A DNA stretch of 63,200 bases, the filler included, from Vannella sp. (taxonomy: Eukaryota), in the NCBI GenBank assembly GCA_023345925.1. It is 9 parts of 9 records of this genome, joined end to end, with 100 filler letters (N's around TTAATTAATTAA, not from the genome) between each part and the next. Parts side by side here need not be neighbours in the genome. Positions count along the whole stretch, not along the records: positions 12,441 to 20,765 come from JAJQQN010000557.1; positions 20,866 to 25,011 come from JAJQQN010000072.1; positions 25,112 to 29,937 come from JAJQQN010000437.1; 6 more parts are not named here. One strand, written 5' to 3'. Below are positions 12,771 to 25,171 of the stretch, piece by piece. The first letter of the stretch is position 1. Each line of letters opens with the position of its first letter. The notes beneath the pieces were generated by a model. It was not told the DNA's origin. It was given only the letters and a program-made list of their open reading frames with translations, and searched no databases. The position numbers and the translations under genes were made by a program.

Positions 12771-12946
12771 CACCACGCGAGCAACAAAAAATGGTCCCAT
12801 AAGTGTTTTCTGAAAATGATGACAAAATGTCACGTGACACGAGAGTCGCTTCCCAACTCTCAGAAGTATCATTTGAATCAAAAGGACACTTCTCAGGTAA
12901 ATTGAAAGTCCAGACCAGGGATCAAAAAGGCATTCTTTGGGGTCCG

Positions 12947-15023
12947 ATGGCTGCGGTTGGGCAATTCACGAAGAAGGTGGTGGATATTGAAGCCTTTATG
13001 GCCCAAGCAGCTGCTTTAGAAGCAGCAGAAAGGGAGGCTGAGGCAAAGCAGAAAGTGGAGAAGAAAGAGCGAAAGCCAAAGGAGGCAAAGATTGTCAAAA
13101 AGGAGAAGGTTCCTCGACGAGTGCGCTCTGTTTTCTCTGTTGAACTTCTTAAACTTGACCTAGACCCCACAAGTAACGTTCCCCCGCTCTTTGCGCAGCT
13201 AATCGCTGTTCTAGAGCGTCATGGTGAGCGCCTTTCCTTCGAATGCAGCCGTTTTGACCGTTATCCACAGGTTGCGGTACAAAGGGGCTCTTTCGGGTCA
13301 CTGCTTCACTTTCAGAGATCGATGAGATGATACAGCGATATGAAGATGGCGAGGACATCAATTGGAACTCGATAGAGGACAAACATCTCGTTGGGGGAGT
13401 GCTTATGGCCTTTTTACTGCGCCTTCCCGAGCCGCTAATACCCTACCATATGTATAACAGCTTAATTGTTGCATCAGAATCCAAAGAAAGTGTCTCGCTC
13501 AAGATGGGAGCTTACAAAGCAGTCCTTCGTGACCTTCCAGAACCAAACATGAGCATGCTTGCGCTTTTGGTTGATTTTTTGGATACTTTGACGAGAGATT
13601 CTGATGATAACATGATGAGTGCCGCTAATCTGGCCATCTGCTTTGCTCCCGCACTGTTACGAAGAGAAGAAGAGAACTTACAGCAACTCATGAAGGAATC
13701 CCCACTCGTTAATGACTGTCTAACAGCTATCATCGACCAATTTGCTTTCATCTTTCGAGTGAGTATAATCTGACCGCATCTGGTGAGGGAATGTCACTTA
13801 CCAGACCCCAAAAGGGCGAGGACTTGGAAGAGGATTTCACCCCACCGCCTCCTCCGATTGAATCAATGTATACCGAAGATCATTCTTTTCTGAGCTACAC
13901 CCTTAAAGTCTTCCAAAAGACAATGAAGAGGGTCAGTAGCCTTGTCTGGTGGTCGGGCATGTTCTGAGGAGCCTCCATTAGGTGCTCTCCATCGAAAATA
14001 ATTTAGAATGGCCGCTCCTTTGGAACTACGGTTCTCTTCATGGCGCTTCTGTTGTCTTGGAGCTTCTTTCAAAGGTGAATTTCTTCTATTTGGTTCGCAA
14101 AAGTGACTCAATTGCCCTCCCAGTGCCTGTCAGGAGAGATTCTCGCTCTCCAAACCGAAGATATTGAAAGCTGTTTGGCTAAAATGCAACGACGAACGCT
14201 CTCTCCCGTTCCTGTGGTGTGCGGACGAACGAAGAAACAAATCCGAGCTCTCTATCTCACCCTGGCAGAGCGCCAAAAGAGCATTGAGGATAGGCCAGAC
14301 GATAAGGAACTCCTCCTTATCCTCTGTCGCACAAATCTAAACGCCAAGCTGGTGAGTGAACCAGCAAAGTGATCCCTCTCTCACCGTTTGCCTCCCCAGT
14401 TGTTCGATTGGCTCGAACCACAGCTTCAACGAAGCTCCAACGACGCGAACGAGTACGCTCACAACAAGGTCTGTAAAGTAGTGACCAAAGCCAAAGAGCA
14501 GCTCGAACTCCTCAAAAGAGACTTGCAGGAATGTCACTCTCATTCTCAGGCTGTTTTGATCTCTCGCGTCATTCGGGGCATTCAGCGTGCACTGAAAGAG
14601 AGTATCAAATCGCCGTTGCATTCAATAGACTTTGAGGTGCCTTCTGGTGCTGGAATGACGGATGACCACAAGAAGATCCAGCTGCTTCGTGACAACCTCG
14701 AGTTCTCCTTCCGTGCATGTGGCAGAGGCCTCACCCAGGTGCTAAACCATGTACGAGATCCAACTACCTCTGATGTAGAACGGATGATGCGATTGGAGCT
14801 GTTAGCAGAAGTGAAAACCGTCCTCGATCGTTGCACCTGCGGCAGAGAGGCTGAGCTGGTCTCCCTACACCCTGTATACATCCCTGCTCTACCTACCAGC
14901 CCAACAAGAGGTCATCTGAAGCTCCGCTCCCACTCCATATCCGGCGATAACCAACCTTTGTGGATCTACCAACCTCAAAAGAGGCGGACAGCCACCCTCA
15001 CAGTGGGCCACCGACACCAATGA
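12947..15023 (+). CDS. RhoGAP domain protein, multi-exon
   Basis: GLFRV arginine finger after splicing, FLLRLPEPLIP, NMMSAANLAICFAPALL. Confidence 0.88.
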
Positions 15024-15212
15024 ACATGTACACTAACGAGATGACACTCCCCCACTCTATCTCACCACAAGGCACTCTCCTCGAGCCAGGGAACTCTGCC
15101 GAAGGCTCATGTGAGAGCTAGAACTGGTCAGGCTCCTTGGAAGGGCCAGTCCAGCACATATCTGGGCATAGACAAGGCTTTGTCATTGTTTGGAGGGCCG
15201 GGGATGATGAAG

Positions 15213-15714
15213 ATGTTGAAGCCGAAGGTTCTCCCGAAGGTGCTCGCTCAGGCGAACACAGCGGGAGTAAAGAACACGCTGTATGCTTTCGTACTGTGTG
15301 TTTGGATGTTGGTTGACAAGGGCGGGTAGATTGATCAACAGTGAAGGGTCCTTGTTGGCCTTTGCGGGTGCGGACATGGGCAATGACACCTTAGCAGCGA
15401 TTGTTTCCAACATCTGGTCATCAAGCGAAGGTTGTGAGCATCTGGAATACATCATTCTGGAGTGCGAGGTACGAAAGCTGGTGGTGGAACCGATTCCTTC
15501 TCACCTTCATGACAGCAAGGCAAGGCGATCGTCACTCGCGTGAGTGAGGTGCTCCTTTGCCTCATTGGCAATGAAATGGCAGAGTTTGGAATGCTCAAAG
15601 CTAAGGTTGGGCCCCCCTTCACTCTCCTACTCCACCTAACTCATCTTCTCTCCCTCTCAGGCAGACACCCTTCGACAGTACCTTGAAAAGCCTCTTTCAG
15701 AGGTCCTTCTATGA
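15213..15714 (+). CDS. LAMTOR2: Ragulator subunit LAMTOR2 (Roadblock/LC7), 3 introns
   Basis: MLKPKVLPKVLAQANT, LINSEGSLLAFAG, AAIVSNIWSS, FGMLKAK|ADTLRQYLEKPL. Confidence 0.92.
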
Positions 15715-15775
15715 ATACAGAGACGTTTGATAGCTCCTGCCCTCACGGAGGAGGTCACTTTGTGGTGTCGGGCTG

Positions 15776-17961
15776 ATGTTGTCAGCAAGGAAGGTGTTGG
15801 TGAGTGCAGGGCGCTGGAATACGCGTATTGTGAGTGCGGTAGCGTGTTCTTCTTCTGCAGTAAGGACGATGCAACATCAAGAGGAGCTGCCCCCTTTGCC
15901 TGTTCCAGAGCTGAAGGATTCTTGCGACCTGTACTTGCGGAGTCTCCGTCCTCTTGTCCATTCTGAGGAGCAATACGAAACAGCGAAACGCAAAGTAGAT
16001 GCCTTCTGCACTGGGCAAGGTCCTATCCTCCAGAAGAGGCTTAAGGAACACGCCACTCGCATGAACGCCATCGGCCAGAGCTGGCTTGAACAGTTTTGGC
16101 TTGATGCAGCGTACTTGAGCTTCCGGGCTCCGTTGCCTACCAACTCGAACTACTATCTTCTCTTTGATCCGAGTATGCACTCTCTCCTCTCCATGTAGGG
16201 CGAGTTTGACGATGAATGTCAGTTTATCAGATTGGAAAGGAGCCAGATCAGCTCACACACGCCACAAACCTCATCGAGAAGACTCTACTGTTCAAGGAGA
16301 TCCTGGAGAAGTACGAACTCAACGAAGGGAGTGGTCAGAGGACTAATCATGAGCAGGGAGGAGTTGGCACCTGAATACTTGCGACGTACGACCCCCCAGT
16401 GCATGTCACAGTATGAGAAGATCTTTTCTGTCTCTCGTGTCGCTCTTCCTGACAAGTAAGGCTCTTGCTGATACGCTAGGACCAAGTGAGAGACTAAAAT
16501 GAGACAGGGACGAGCTGAAACCTATTCCACGCAACGCCAAGCACATTCTAGTGATCGTCAACGAACAGATCTACTCTCTAACTGTCTTGGATCCATCTGG
16601 AACCCGCTACAACCCTTACTGCATCCAAAAACAGCTCGAGAAGATTCTCGAAGACTCTCAACAGTGCCAGCACCAAGCCAAGGCCTCTCCCATCCTACCT
16701 GTTGGAGCTATCACCGCTCTAGATCGTGATCGTAGTGCGAGCCTGCGCCTTCGCCTCGGTCAACACAACCAATCCTCCCTCAACCGGATCGACTCGGCCC
16801 TGTTCGCCGTCACCCTGGACCAGGATTGCCCTCGTTCCGTTGACCAAGCAGGGGAATGGATCAATGGTGGTAAGGATGAGACTCCAGGCAACCGCTGGTT
16901 CGAGAAAGCGGTGAACTTTGTCATCTTCCGCAATGGCTACGTGGGACTCACTGGGGAACACTGTCCCCTTGATGCTCCTATGGTTGGCACTCTCGCAGAC
17001 TTCATCTTGGGAGAGTACGTATCATGCCAGGGCCCAAACACACGACTGACACGATGTAGGATGAAGGAAGGTCAAAGGGATACCACAGGGCCTTTGGATG
17101 TCCCTGCCTTCTTGAAGATCCAATGGAATGTGGATGAGCAACTTGCTGCTGACATACATAAGGCCAAGGAGGACGCGTGGGGCATCTTAGAGAACTGCGA
17201 GCTCAAGTACCTCACTTACACCGACTACGGGGCAGATTGGATCAAGCAGATAGGTAAGGACCTTGGGGCTTCGTTGTCCTTGGGTTGACCTGAGTCCAGC
17301 CAAGACCAGCCCAGATGCCTTCATGCAGATGAGCATCCAACTGGCTTACTTCTACAGCCACCAAGACTCCACATCGACCTACGAGACTGGTACCTCTCGC
17401 TGCTTCTTCCATGGTCGAACAGAGACCGTTCGAACGCTCTCCTTGCCAAGCCAGGAGTGGACAAGATGCATGGTTGATCACTCTCTCCCTAAGGAAGAGA
17501 AACGGAGCAAGCTCCGCACTGCCTTAGATGCTCATGGGGCGTACATGAAGCGAGCTATTGATGGCCAAGGCTTCGACCGCCACCTCCTCGGACTCCGTCT
17601 GGTGAAGAAGAGCGACGAACCAACGCCAGACATGTTCACAGACCCGCTTTGGCGCGAAGCTAACCGCTTCCGTGTATCTACTAGTAACATGTCTAGCCCT
17701 TGGTACAAAGCAGGTGCGCCAGCGCTTCCAATCTTGAGAACAAGTCGCAGGAAGACCTCTTGACTTATCTTTCGCACAGGATTCGGCCCCACCGAAGAAG
17801 ATGGCTACGGTGTCTGTTATGACTCTCGACAAGGGTCTCTCCGTTACTCTATCACGTCCTTCAAGTCCTGCACGAGCACTTCCTCGGAAAAGTTCGTCGC
17901 CAACCTCTCCAAGGCGCTTGACGACATGCGTGATGTTTTCCATCAAACCTCACGCCTTTAG
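15776..17961 (+). CDS. Carnitine O-acyltransferase (acetyltransferase-like), multi-exon
   Basis: LPPLPVPEL, WLEQFWLDAAYL, NRWFEK, GEHCPLDAP, SPDAFMQMSIQLAY, TYET...FFHGRTETVR, GQGFDRHLLGL, GFGP..DGYGVCY; ends SRL*. Confidence 0.93.
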
Positions 17962-18157
17962 ACTCCCTTGCATACCACCACCATCACTGTATCCTCTTCT
18001 ACTCCTCGTCCTCTTGTTGTGGTCGTGGGCTCGGGATTTTTGGTTTATTCTGAAGGAGGCGGAGTGCCTTGAGGAGCAAGAGGAGAGAAGAAGAAGCAAC
18101 AGAGTGAGAGGGAAAATCAAGGCTGTGGGTCACGAGAGGCCCTGCAACCAGCTTCCC

Positions 18158-18606
18158 TTACTCATCATCGTCCTCATCATCGCCCTCTGAGAAGTCAGGC
18201 GCGTTCTTTCCTTGGTACTTGGGAGCGATACCAGGGAATTGGCCTCGCTTTCGCTGCTTGTCCCACACAGACGTCTGAGGGCGTAGGTGAGTCCTTTCCC
18301 TTTCGTCGTCGATTGGAGCTCTTCTGAAGATGAAGAAGACAGAAACGAGTGCGCAGCACCTACCTGGAGTGCGGTGCATCGGTTAATCTTGTCAGCAGCA
18401 AGTTTGGAGCAGTTCTCGGACTCGTCTTGGTTGTTAGCCCAGCAGTTATGGAATTGAACGTAGCTCAACCAGCAACTCTTCATGACGTTGTGGTTGGCGA
18501 ACCGAGGGTCATATGGCTGCTTAGCACTGAGATCGAGCAAGCTTTCTCTGATGCCAGACATGAACGAAGGCCGAGCAACAAATGGCTCTCTCAAGACCAC
18601 TTCCAT
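18158..18606 (-). CDS. COX6B: Cytochrome c oxidase subunit 6B (Cox12), 1 intron
   Basis: PYDPRFANHNVMKSCWLSYVQFHNC, four-Cys pattern, WDKQRKRGQFPG. Confidence 0.88.
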
Positions 18607-18659
18607 TCAATATCTTGCAACGAATTAAATTTGGCTTTTTTCAATTAGTTGGCCATTCT

Positions 18660-20765
18660 TTAGTGGGGACAAGCCAAGCGTGCTCGAGAGCTTGGAGAGC
18701 GGTCAAGCGGCTTTCGCAGTCTGGTTGGAGAAGGGAGATTACCATTTGTCGCCCTTCTGGAGAGATCTCTTCCCAGTCTTCTTCGAACCATTGGATGCGC
18801 GCTTCTGCTGCTTCTTCTTGACTGAAGAAGGGTCGGAGACCTGATAGACTGATGGAAAAGACATGAGAAAGAGTTGGGGGAGGGAAGATGTCCTCTCACA
18901 GAATGTACATAACTACTCCAACGCTCCATAGATCTACAGCGAAGGTGTAGGGCTCGCGCTTGATCATTTCGGGCGCTAAATAGTGATACGAACCGCAGTA
19001 CTCGCGGAGCTTCTCCCCTGGAGCGACATGACGACAGAAGCCAAAGTCAATAACCTTCATAGAGCGATAGTCCATCACTCCTTCCTCACTCGGCTGTGGC
19101 AACAAGATGTTCTCGGTTTTGACATCTTGATGAATGTACCCTTCCTGGTGCATGTACGCGAGCACTTCCAACAGAGGTCGGACTATATCCTTCGTCTAAA
19201 CACATTTGAGGAGGCAGTACAGCGAAGAGGAGCCGCCTGACCTGTTCCTCGGAGAGTTTCTCGAGCCGCTCGACGTGATCGTACAAGCTCTCCCCTCTAA
19301 TGAACTCCATTACTACGTAGAGGTAGTGGTCGTCTTCATAGAGTTGTCTGAAGCGACGGATGTTCGGATGGACGAGATTCTCGAGGGTTCCCACCTCCCG
19401 CTGCCCTCTCTTTCAGTGTGGTTCGGTCCCAGCTGGTTGTACTTACCTTGATGAAGGTCAAAGCTTCGCCTTTAAGTTCCCACTTGTTGAAGATCTTGAT
19501 GGCGACGGCTTCCTCTGTCTTCAGGTCGATTCCTTCCCGAACCGTTGCGAATCCACCCCTAACTCGTCGTGAGCTGGTATTCTTCCAGCGTACAGCGTGC
19601 ACACTTACTTCCCGACAACTTCACTGAAGCTCAAGTGTTGGGCGATGTCCTGAACGAGGAAAGAGTGATCCAGAAGGCGCTTCCCAATCGCCTTCTCTTG
19701 CTGCTCTTCTCTTGTGGTTGCTGTTGGTGGGCGGAGTTGTTCAACACTCCTTAAAGACTCTTTGTCATCCTTGTGCTCTGACACCTCCAGAGAAGGGACA
19801 AGTGGAGAGGAAAGTCGTTGGGACCGCTCAGGTGTCGTTGGTGCAACGGCAGAGTGAGATTGGAAGGAGGAGAGAGCTCCTCGTACTCTCACGTACTCTT
19901 CTCTCGTCTCTCTCTTCATGATGAAGCTTGCACGCTTCTCAGGTTCGAGTTGTCCACGCGGGTGGCGGATTCCCAAAGGGAGAGCTGAAGGGCGCAGAGT
20001 AGAGATGTGGCGAGGGAGAGCTGTAAAGTTGGGCGAAGACAAACGCTCCTGATTCACACTGGTCCTCTTCATACGGCGAGGAAGGACGGGAGAAGCAAAA
20101 GGGCTCCTTGACCTTCCACTAGGCGAGGGAACGGTCAGGGTCGACGGACTGGTGTTCTCCACAGCATTTGCGTTAGAAGTCTTCTTCTTTGGTTGCGGAG
20201 GAGCGTGCGCAGGTGCACAGGAAGGAGCTTCAGCGAGTACGACCGAAAGGTAATCGGTCTCACAGTATGGGAGGCCTTCGTGGACGTAGTAGGCTGCTTG
20301 TCCGAACTGTTCTGTCAATGGGATGTGACAGTGGTTGCAAAGGAAGTGATCAGGATGCCACATTGTGTCCATGGCTTCCACAACATCGCCTGGACCGCGA
20401 GTCCTGTCAGTCTGGCGCTTTAGGAGGGAAGAGGAGACTTACCTCCTATCTGGAGGTGACAGAGAGAGCATAGAGGGAGCTGCTGGGGTGTGGAACAGGC
20501 CAAGCATTGCGGGGATTGGAAACGAGCCGTGTAGGAAGTGCCAATGGCGATGAGTTGGTCGCACTCCTCACAACGAAAGTGGACAGAACAGTAGAAGTGA
20601 TTGGAGCCTGGGAGGTGGATGGTGGCAGCTTTTGGAGGTTCGAAGCCGCAGGATCGGCAAAGTGGATGTAAAGGGCACGCTCTAGTCATAATCTCGGCCA
20701 CTTCCTCCTTCCCCGCTCGGTTCAGTAGCGACATTCGTCGTTTCGGCTTCGTTGGGGCTCCTTCG
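18660..20765 (-). CDS. LIM-domain + CAMK-group protein kinase, possibly 5' truncated
   Basis: LIM-like WHPDHFLCNHCH...PYCETDY and HFRCEECD; kinase GGFATV, VAIKI, HPNI, HQDVKTEN, IDFG, CGSYHYLAPE, DLWSVGV. Confidence 0.82.
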
Positions 20766-20865
20766 NNNNNNNNNNNNNNNNNNNNNNNNNNNNNNNNNNN
20801 NNNNNNNNNTTAATTAATTAANNNNNNNNNNNNNNNNNNNNNNNNNNNNNNNNNNNNNNNNNNNN
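20766..20865. other. Artificial contig-joining spacer
   Basis: N44-TTAATTAATTAA-N44. Confidence 0.99.
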
Positions 20866-22251
20866 AGCGATGTCGAAGTGAGTGCTTCCGACACGTTCGC
20901 ACAGCTTCACCTATCCGATCATACGATGGCTGGCTTGATTGGCTTGGGATTGTCTCGCCCGTCCCCAGTGCAGTCTCGAGCCATACCAATCGGTCTCTTT
21001 GGAGCTGATGTGTTAGTTCAGGCAAAGTCAGGGACTGGAAAGACTCTCGTGTTCTCCGTGATCGCTGCGGAGCAAGTCCAAAGGCACGTGAACGAACTCC
21101 AGGCCTTGATCATCGCTCCTACAAGAGAGATTGCTTTGCAGATTGAACAGGTTCTCTGTGACCTTACCAAGGCATTCATTCCTCCTATGCTTGTCTCATG
21201 CTTCATCGGTGGCCAAACGCTGGACGAGGTTGCGAGAAACCTCTCGAAAGGAGTGCACATTGCTGTTGGCACTCCAGGGAGAGTACTCAGCTTGATCGAG
21301 TCCTCTCAGCTCTCTTGTTCATCTCTGAATCTACTCGTTGTAGATGAAGCGGATAAAGTGCTCGATGGAGGAATGCTGAATCAGTTCAAGTCAGTTAGAC
21401 ACCTTTCCTTTGGGCCCCTTTGTAACCTTGCCTAGATCCATTTTCGCTGCTATTCCAAGTCGGTGTCAATGCTTGGCCCTTTCAGCAACCTTTACCCCTG
21501 AACGGAAGCAAATGATGTTGTCTTTCTTGAAGGACCCTCAAATGGTTCTTGTGTCCGCTGATACTCCTTCTCTTGAAGGAGTGAAGCAATATTACTCTAT
21601 TGCAGACGATGGAACTGTGCTGCCTTCTGCAGTGGCACAGCGCTATCACTTGTTCAAGCAAAAGACAAAACAGTTATTGAGATTGTTGACTTCCGTCCGA
21701 TTCCACCAGTGTTTAGTCTTCTGTAACCAGCGAGACTTAGCTCAAAAGCTTTGTAATACGTTGACCAAGCACGGATGGGCCAACAGATTCATCTCTGGTG
21801 GTCACGACCAAGCGGATAGACAGGAATCAATGGAAGCCTTACGATCCTTCCAATTACGAGTGCTGGTATCTACCGATTTAGTGAGCCATTCTGCCTCTCC
21901 TTCCATCCTCCTAGTATCTCACAAAAACAGACTTCTCGGGGAGTGGATGTGGAACGCGTCAATTTGGTGATGAATGTCGATCTTCCTAGAGACACTGAGA
22001 CTTACTTTCATCGTATTGGAAGGACAGGACGATTCGGGACTTACGGTGTTGCTGTATCCTTTGTGAGCAACACTGAATTAAGTCACCTTCGCCAGATTCA
22101 AAGTACTTACAAGACCACCATTTCCCAGCTCCCTGTCGTCATTCCTCCACATTTCTATGCGTATCAGATGGAAGAGGAACCAGCTCATGCCGCCCTATCA
22201 CCTCCAGAAGAGCTGCTAGAACCAGACTTGAAGCGACAAAGGCGAGAATGA
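20866..22251 (+). CDS. DDX20: DEAD-box RNA helicase, DDX20/Gemin3-like, 5' truncated
   Basis: PSPVQSRAIPIG, QAKSGTGKTLVF, PTREIA, GTPGR, DEAD, SAT, FHQCLVFCN, LRVLVSTDL, HRIGRTGRFGTYG. Confidence 0.85.
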
Positions 22252-22291
22252 ACGTTTAATGAAGTATCATACAGTGGCACTGATAAGTGGC

Positions 22292-24004
22292 TTAGACTCT
22301 TCCACGAGGCGAAAGCATTCGCTTGATAGAGTGAGTTCCAGATCCGTTTCTTTGGCGGAGCTCTTGAGTCACATTTCGCATGATCTCTTGTGCCTTGGTA
22401 GAGGAGAACATGTTCAAAGCCTCTTGGAACTCCTCAACAGCTTCTTTGTTGGGGAGTAACGGGGAGATACTGTGCTGGTGGGACAGGACAGACTGCTGAA
22501 GAAGATCGGCAGCACGATAATACTGTTCTGACTTGCACCCTTTCGCACTCTCATGAGCTGAGAGGCCATCGAATGTGGTCGAGATGCGTTCCATCATGAC
22601 TTGGTGTTGAGCGAGAGACTCGTTGAGGGCTTTCATGTAATCTTCCTTCTCTCCAAACAATGTAGCGTTGCTGAGACTTTGAAGAACCTTTGAAACAAGG
22701 ATCAATGCTCTTCGTTGGCTAGATTGGACACCTAAGAAAGGTCAATCAAGATGATGAAGCATGTTCAAAGTGACTTACCAACGCTGGCAGGTGGTGAGAC
22801 GAGATAGGGGCTCAAGAACCGGAGGAAGAAGAATGAATTGGCGGAAATACGACCTCTTTGCTCGTTCCACTTGATGCTCACTTGCTGTTGAATACTCTTC
22901 ATGATGAAGACCATCTTGCAGCTTACTTGACTCAGCGAGCAGTTGATATCCACCAAGATATTGAGGCACTTAGATAAGAGTCTATTCCGGTTCTTCGTCT
23001 CATCTTCTGGTACCTCCAGCCTGCAAGGGTCAATCTACTCCAGTTAGTAAAGAGAAGAGGAGAGGAAAGTTACTCACTTCATAAGCAGAGGCATTCGCAA
23101 CGATGTCCTTGATATGAGGAAGAAGAGTGGCTTCAAGAAAGGCAGCGCCTTCTCGCCGGAAGATAAGTCCAACTAACTTTGTGGCGTTGCTGTTCTCCCG
23201 GAAAAGAGTTGTATGGCAAACAGTGTTTTGGATTTCCACGTCTACTAAGCACTCAATCAAGCGCTTGGTCTGGCCGTGGCCATCGAAGAAGTCAAGAAGT
23301 TGTTCGACCAACTCTTCCTTGCAAGGAGCGCCTTCAAGAAGCCCCCGCAAGACACACAGATCAGTCTTATGAACCAATAGCATAGCAAGCATGGATGCCC
23401 GAAGTCTTAGCTTCTGTTCGTCAGGGACCTTGACAGATTCTGGAGTTCCACTGAGAGTTGACTTTCTCCCTTTCTCGACCTTAAAGAGGTTCCGAACAGA
23501 GGAAGCCTTGGCGCCAATGGACTTTGTGAGCGTTCCCCTTGGTACCCTAGCAGGTCTAGGGTTGCCAGGCGAATCAAGATTCATCCTGTCGTGGTCAAGA
23601 TTCGAGAGGGGCGATGTTGGACGCTGTACTGGGAAGGTGTCTGATCGTCTGACAGTACAATGGCGCTTCTGAGGAGATTCCCCACTCTCAATCTCATCTG
23701 CAGATGATCGGGGGCTCCATTCCATTGCTTCTCGGCGGCGTTTGAGAGGAGAATGAGAGATTTCATCTCTGTTTGCCTTTGGTTTGGGGGTGATCATCAT
23801 CGGAGAAGGTGCAGGGCTGTTCTCTCTTGAGTTCTCTCCGTCTGCTGATGTGATTATCAAAGGCTACTCAATCGATCAGCCACACTTCTCAAAAAGGGAA
23901 CCCGTCCGCACCTTTGGTAGCGCAGAGTGCCTCAGCAGCTTGGTTGCACGAGCCTCTTGCCAAGTTATCTCTACCTCTGGATCCTCAAGTACGTGTAGCC
24001 CCAT
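22292..24004 (-). CDS. RasGAP domain protein, multi-exon
   Basis: TLFRENSNATKL arginine finger, FFFLRFLSPYLVSP, LILVSKVLQSLSN, FGEKEDYM. Confidence 0.9.
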
Positions 24005-24264
24005 ATCGAAGACCAAACAGTGCTCGTTCAAACAGGTCACAACCGAAAAGTACTTTTCCCGCCATTTTTAACTCAACGTTCCCCCAGTGGAGCAGGTGTC
24101 CGTTTCAGACTATTTATGGCCTTATCAGAGAGCCTTTGGATGTTCTATTTGGAGTTGGCACCTCCTTGTGCCTCAGAGCCACCGCTCTCGTGAAGAGATG
24201 AGCGAGGAGCCCTTCATGGGCTTGTGAATATCCAAAGTCGGTCTGAAAGGCTGCTACGGAAGGC

Positions 24265-24786
24265 TTATGCGAGCTTGCTGACACCAATAGAGGCAAGGAG
24301 ACCTCCCAGAGAGTAGATACTGCACGATAGGGCGTCCTCGAGGAAGCTTTGGACGATGGACTGTCCAAGGTAAAGCTGAGAGAGTGTCTTCAAGAACAGA
24401 GCAACAAGGATGCCAAGGAGCAGAGAGGTGACCATGTTCTTGTAGAACTGCTTCTGTTTCGCTTGCACGAAGCTCGCGAAACGGGATGGGACAGAGCGGA
24501 TTCCCTTGCCATCAGGGTTCCACTTGCCCGAAGTGATACAACCTCACTGAGACTGTTGCCCCATTCGCAGGAGCATCAGACCCATACCAAGAAGCAGAGA
24601 ACTTAATCCGATCGGCTGAGCCGCTGAGGTCCACTGCGTTACACTCCAGATACTCCAAGCTAGGGTGGAAGCTACAATGCCACTTCCTACTACTTTTCGG
24701 ACGGACGCCTCACTTCGAGAGATCATCTCAAAGCGCTCGAAGGCATCCTCCTCCCTCACTGCCTTTCGCTCCTCGTCGGTCTGCAT
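24265..24786 (-). CDS. Hypothetical small multi-pass membrane protein, 1 intron
   Basis: Two exons joined via a GT-AG intron encode ~4 hydrophobic segments; no family recognised. Confidence 0.5.
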
Positions 24787-24865
24787 CAAAATGGAATATT
24801 CTCCAAATGATCTCAAATCATGAAGGAATCGACCAAAAACCAGCCGAAAAGTCTGAGAGGATGAT

Positions 24866-24900
24866 TCCCATAATGGGGATGAAGGTTGTCGAGTATTTAA
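24866..24900 (+). promoter_or_regulatory. Putative snRNA upstream element (TCCCATAA) plus TATA-like TATTTAA
   Basis: TCCCATAA at 24866-24873 fits the Dictyostelium DUSE consensus WCCCAHAA, ~57 nt upstream of the U2 start. Confidence 0.55.
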
Positions 24901-24922
24901 TCAAAGAGGATTCCACCCCAAG

Positions 24923-25011
24923 ACAACTTCTCGGCCTTAATGGCTTAGATCAAGTGTAGTATCTGTTCTTAATAGTTTAATCGCTATTAGCATTAGTATA
25001 TCTAATGCATA
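24923..25011 (+). ncRNA. U2: U2 spliceosomal snRNA, 3' truncated by contig end
   Basis: CTTCTCGGCCTTAATGGCTTAGATCAAGTGTAGTATCTGTTCTT matches the U2 5' end with branch-site-pairing GTAGTA; stem IIa TAATAG/CTATTA and stem IIb GCATTAG/CTAATGC pair. Confidence 0.93.
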
Positions 25012-25111
25012 NNNNNNNNNNNNNNNNNNNNNNNNNNNNNNNNNNNNNNNNNNNNTTAATTAATTAANNNNNNNNNNNNNNNNNNNNNNNNNNNNNNNNN
25101 NNNNNNNNNNN
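25012..25111. other. Artificial contig-joining spacer
   Basis: N44-TTAATTAATTAA-N44. Confidence 0.99.
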
Positions 25112-25171
25112 TAAGGTGGCAGTCAAATGGCTCCCGTGTGAGTAAGTTGACTGTATTGGACGGTGGGAATT

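Noticed and set aside
12828..12839. TGTCACGTGACA palindrome (E-box/CLEAR-like) and nearby TCCCATAA in a divergent promoter
   Set aside because: Short single occurrence with no recognisable ncRNA downstream; could be chance.
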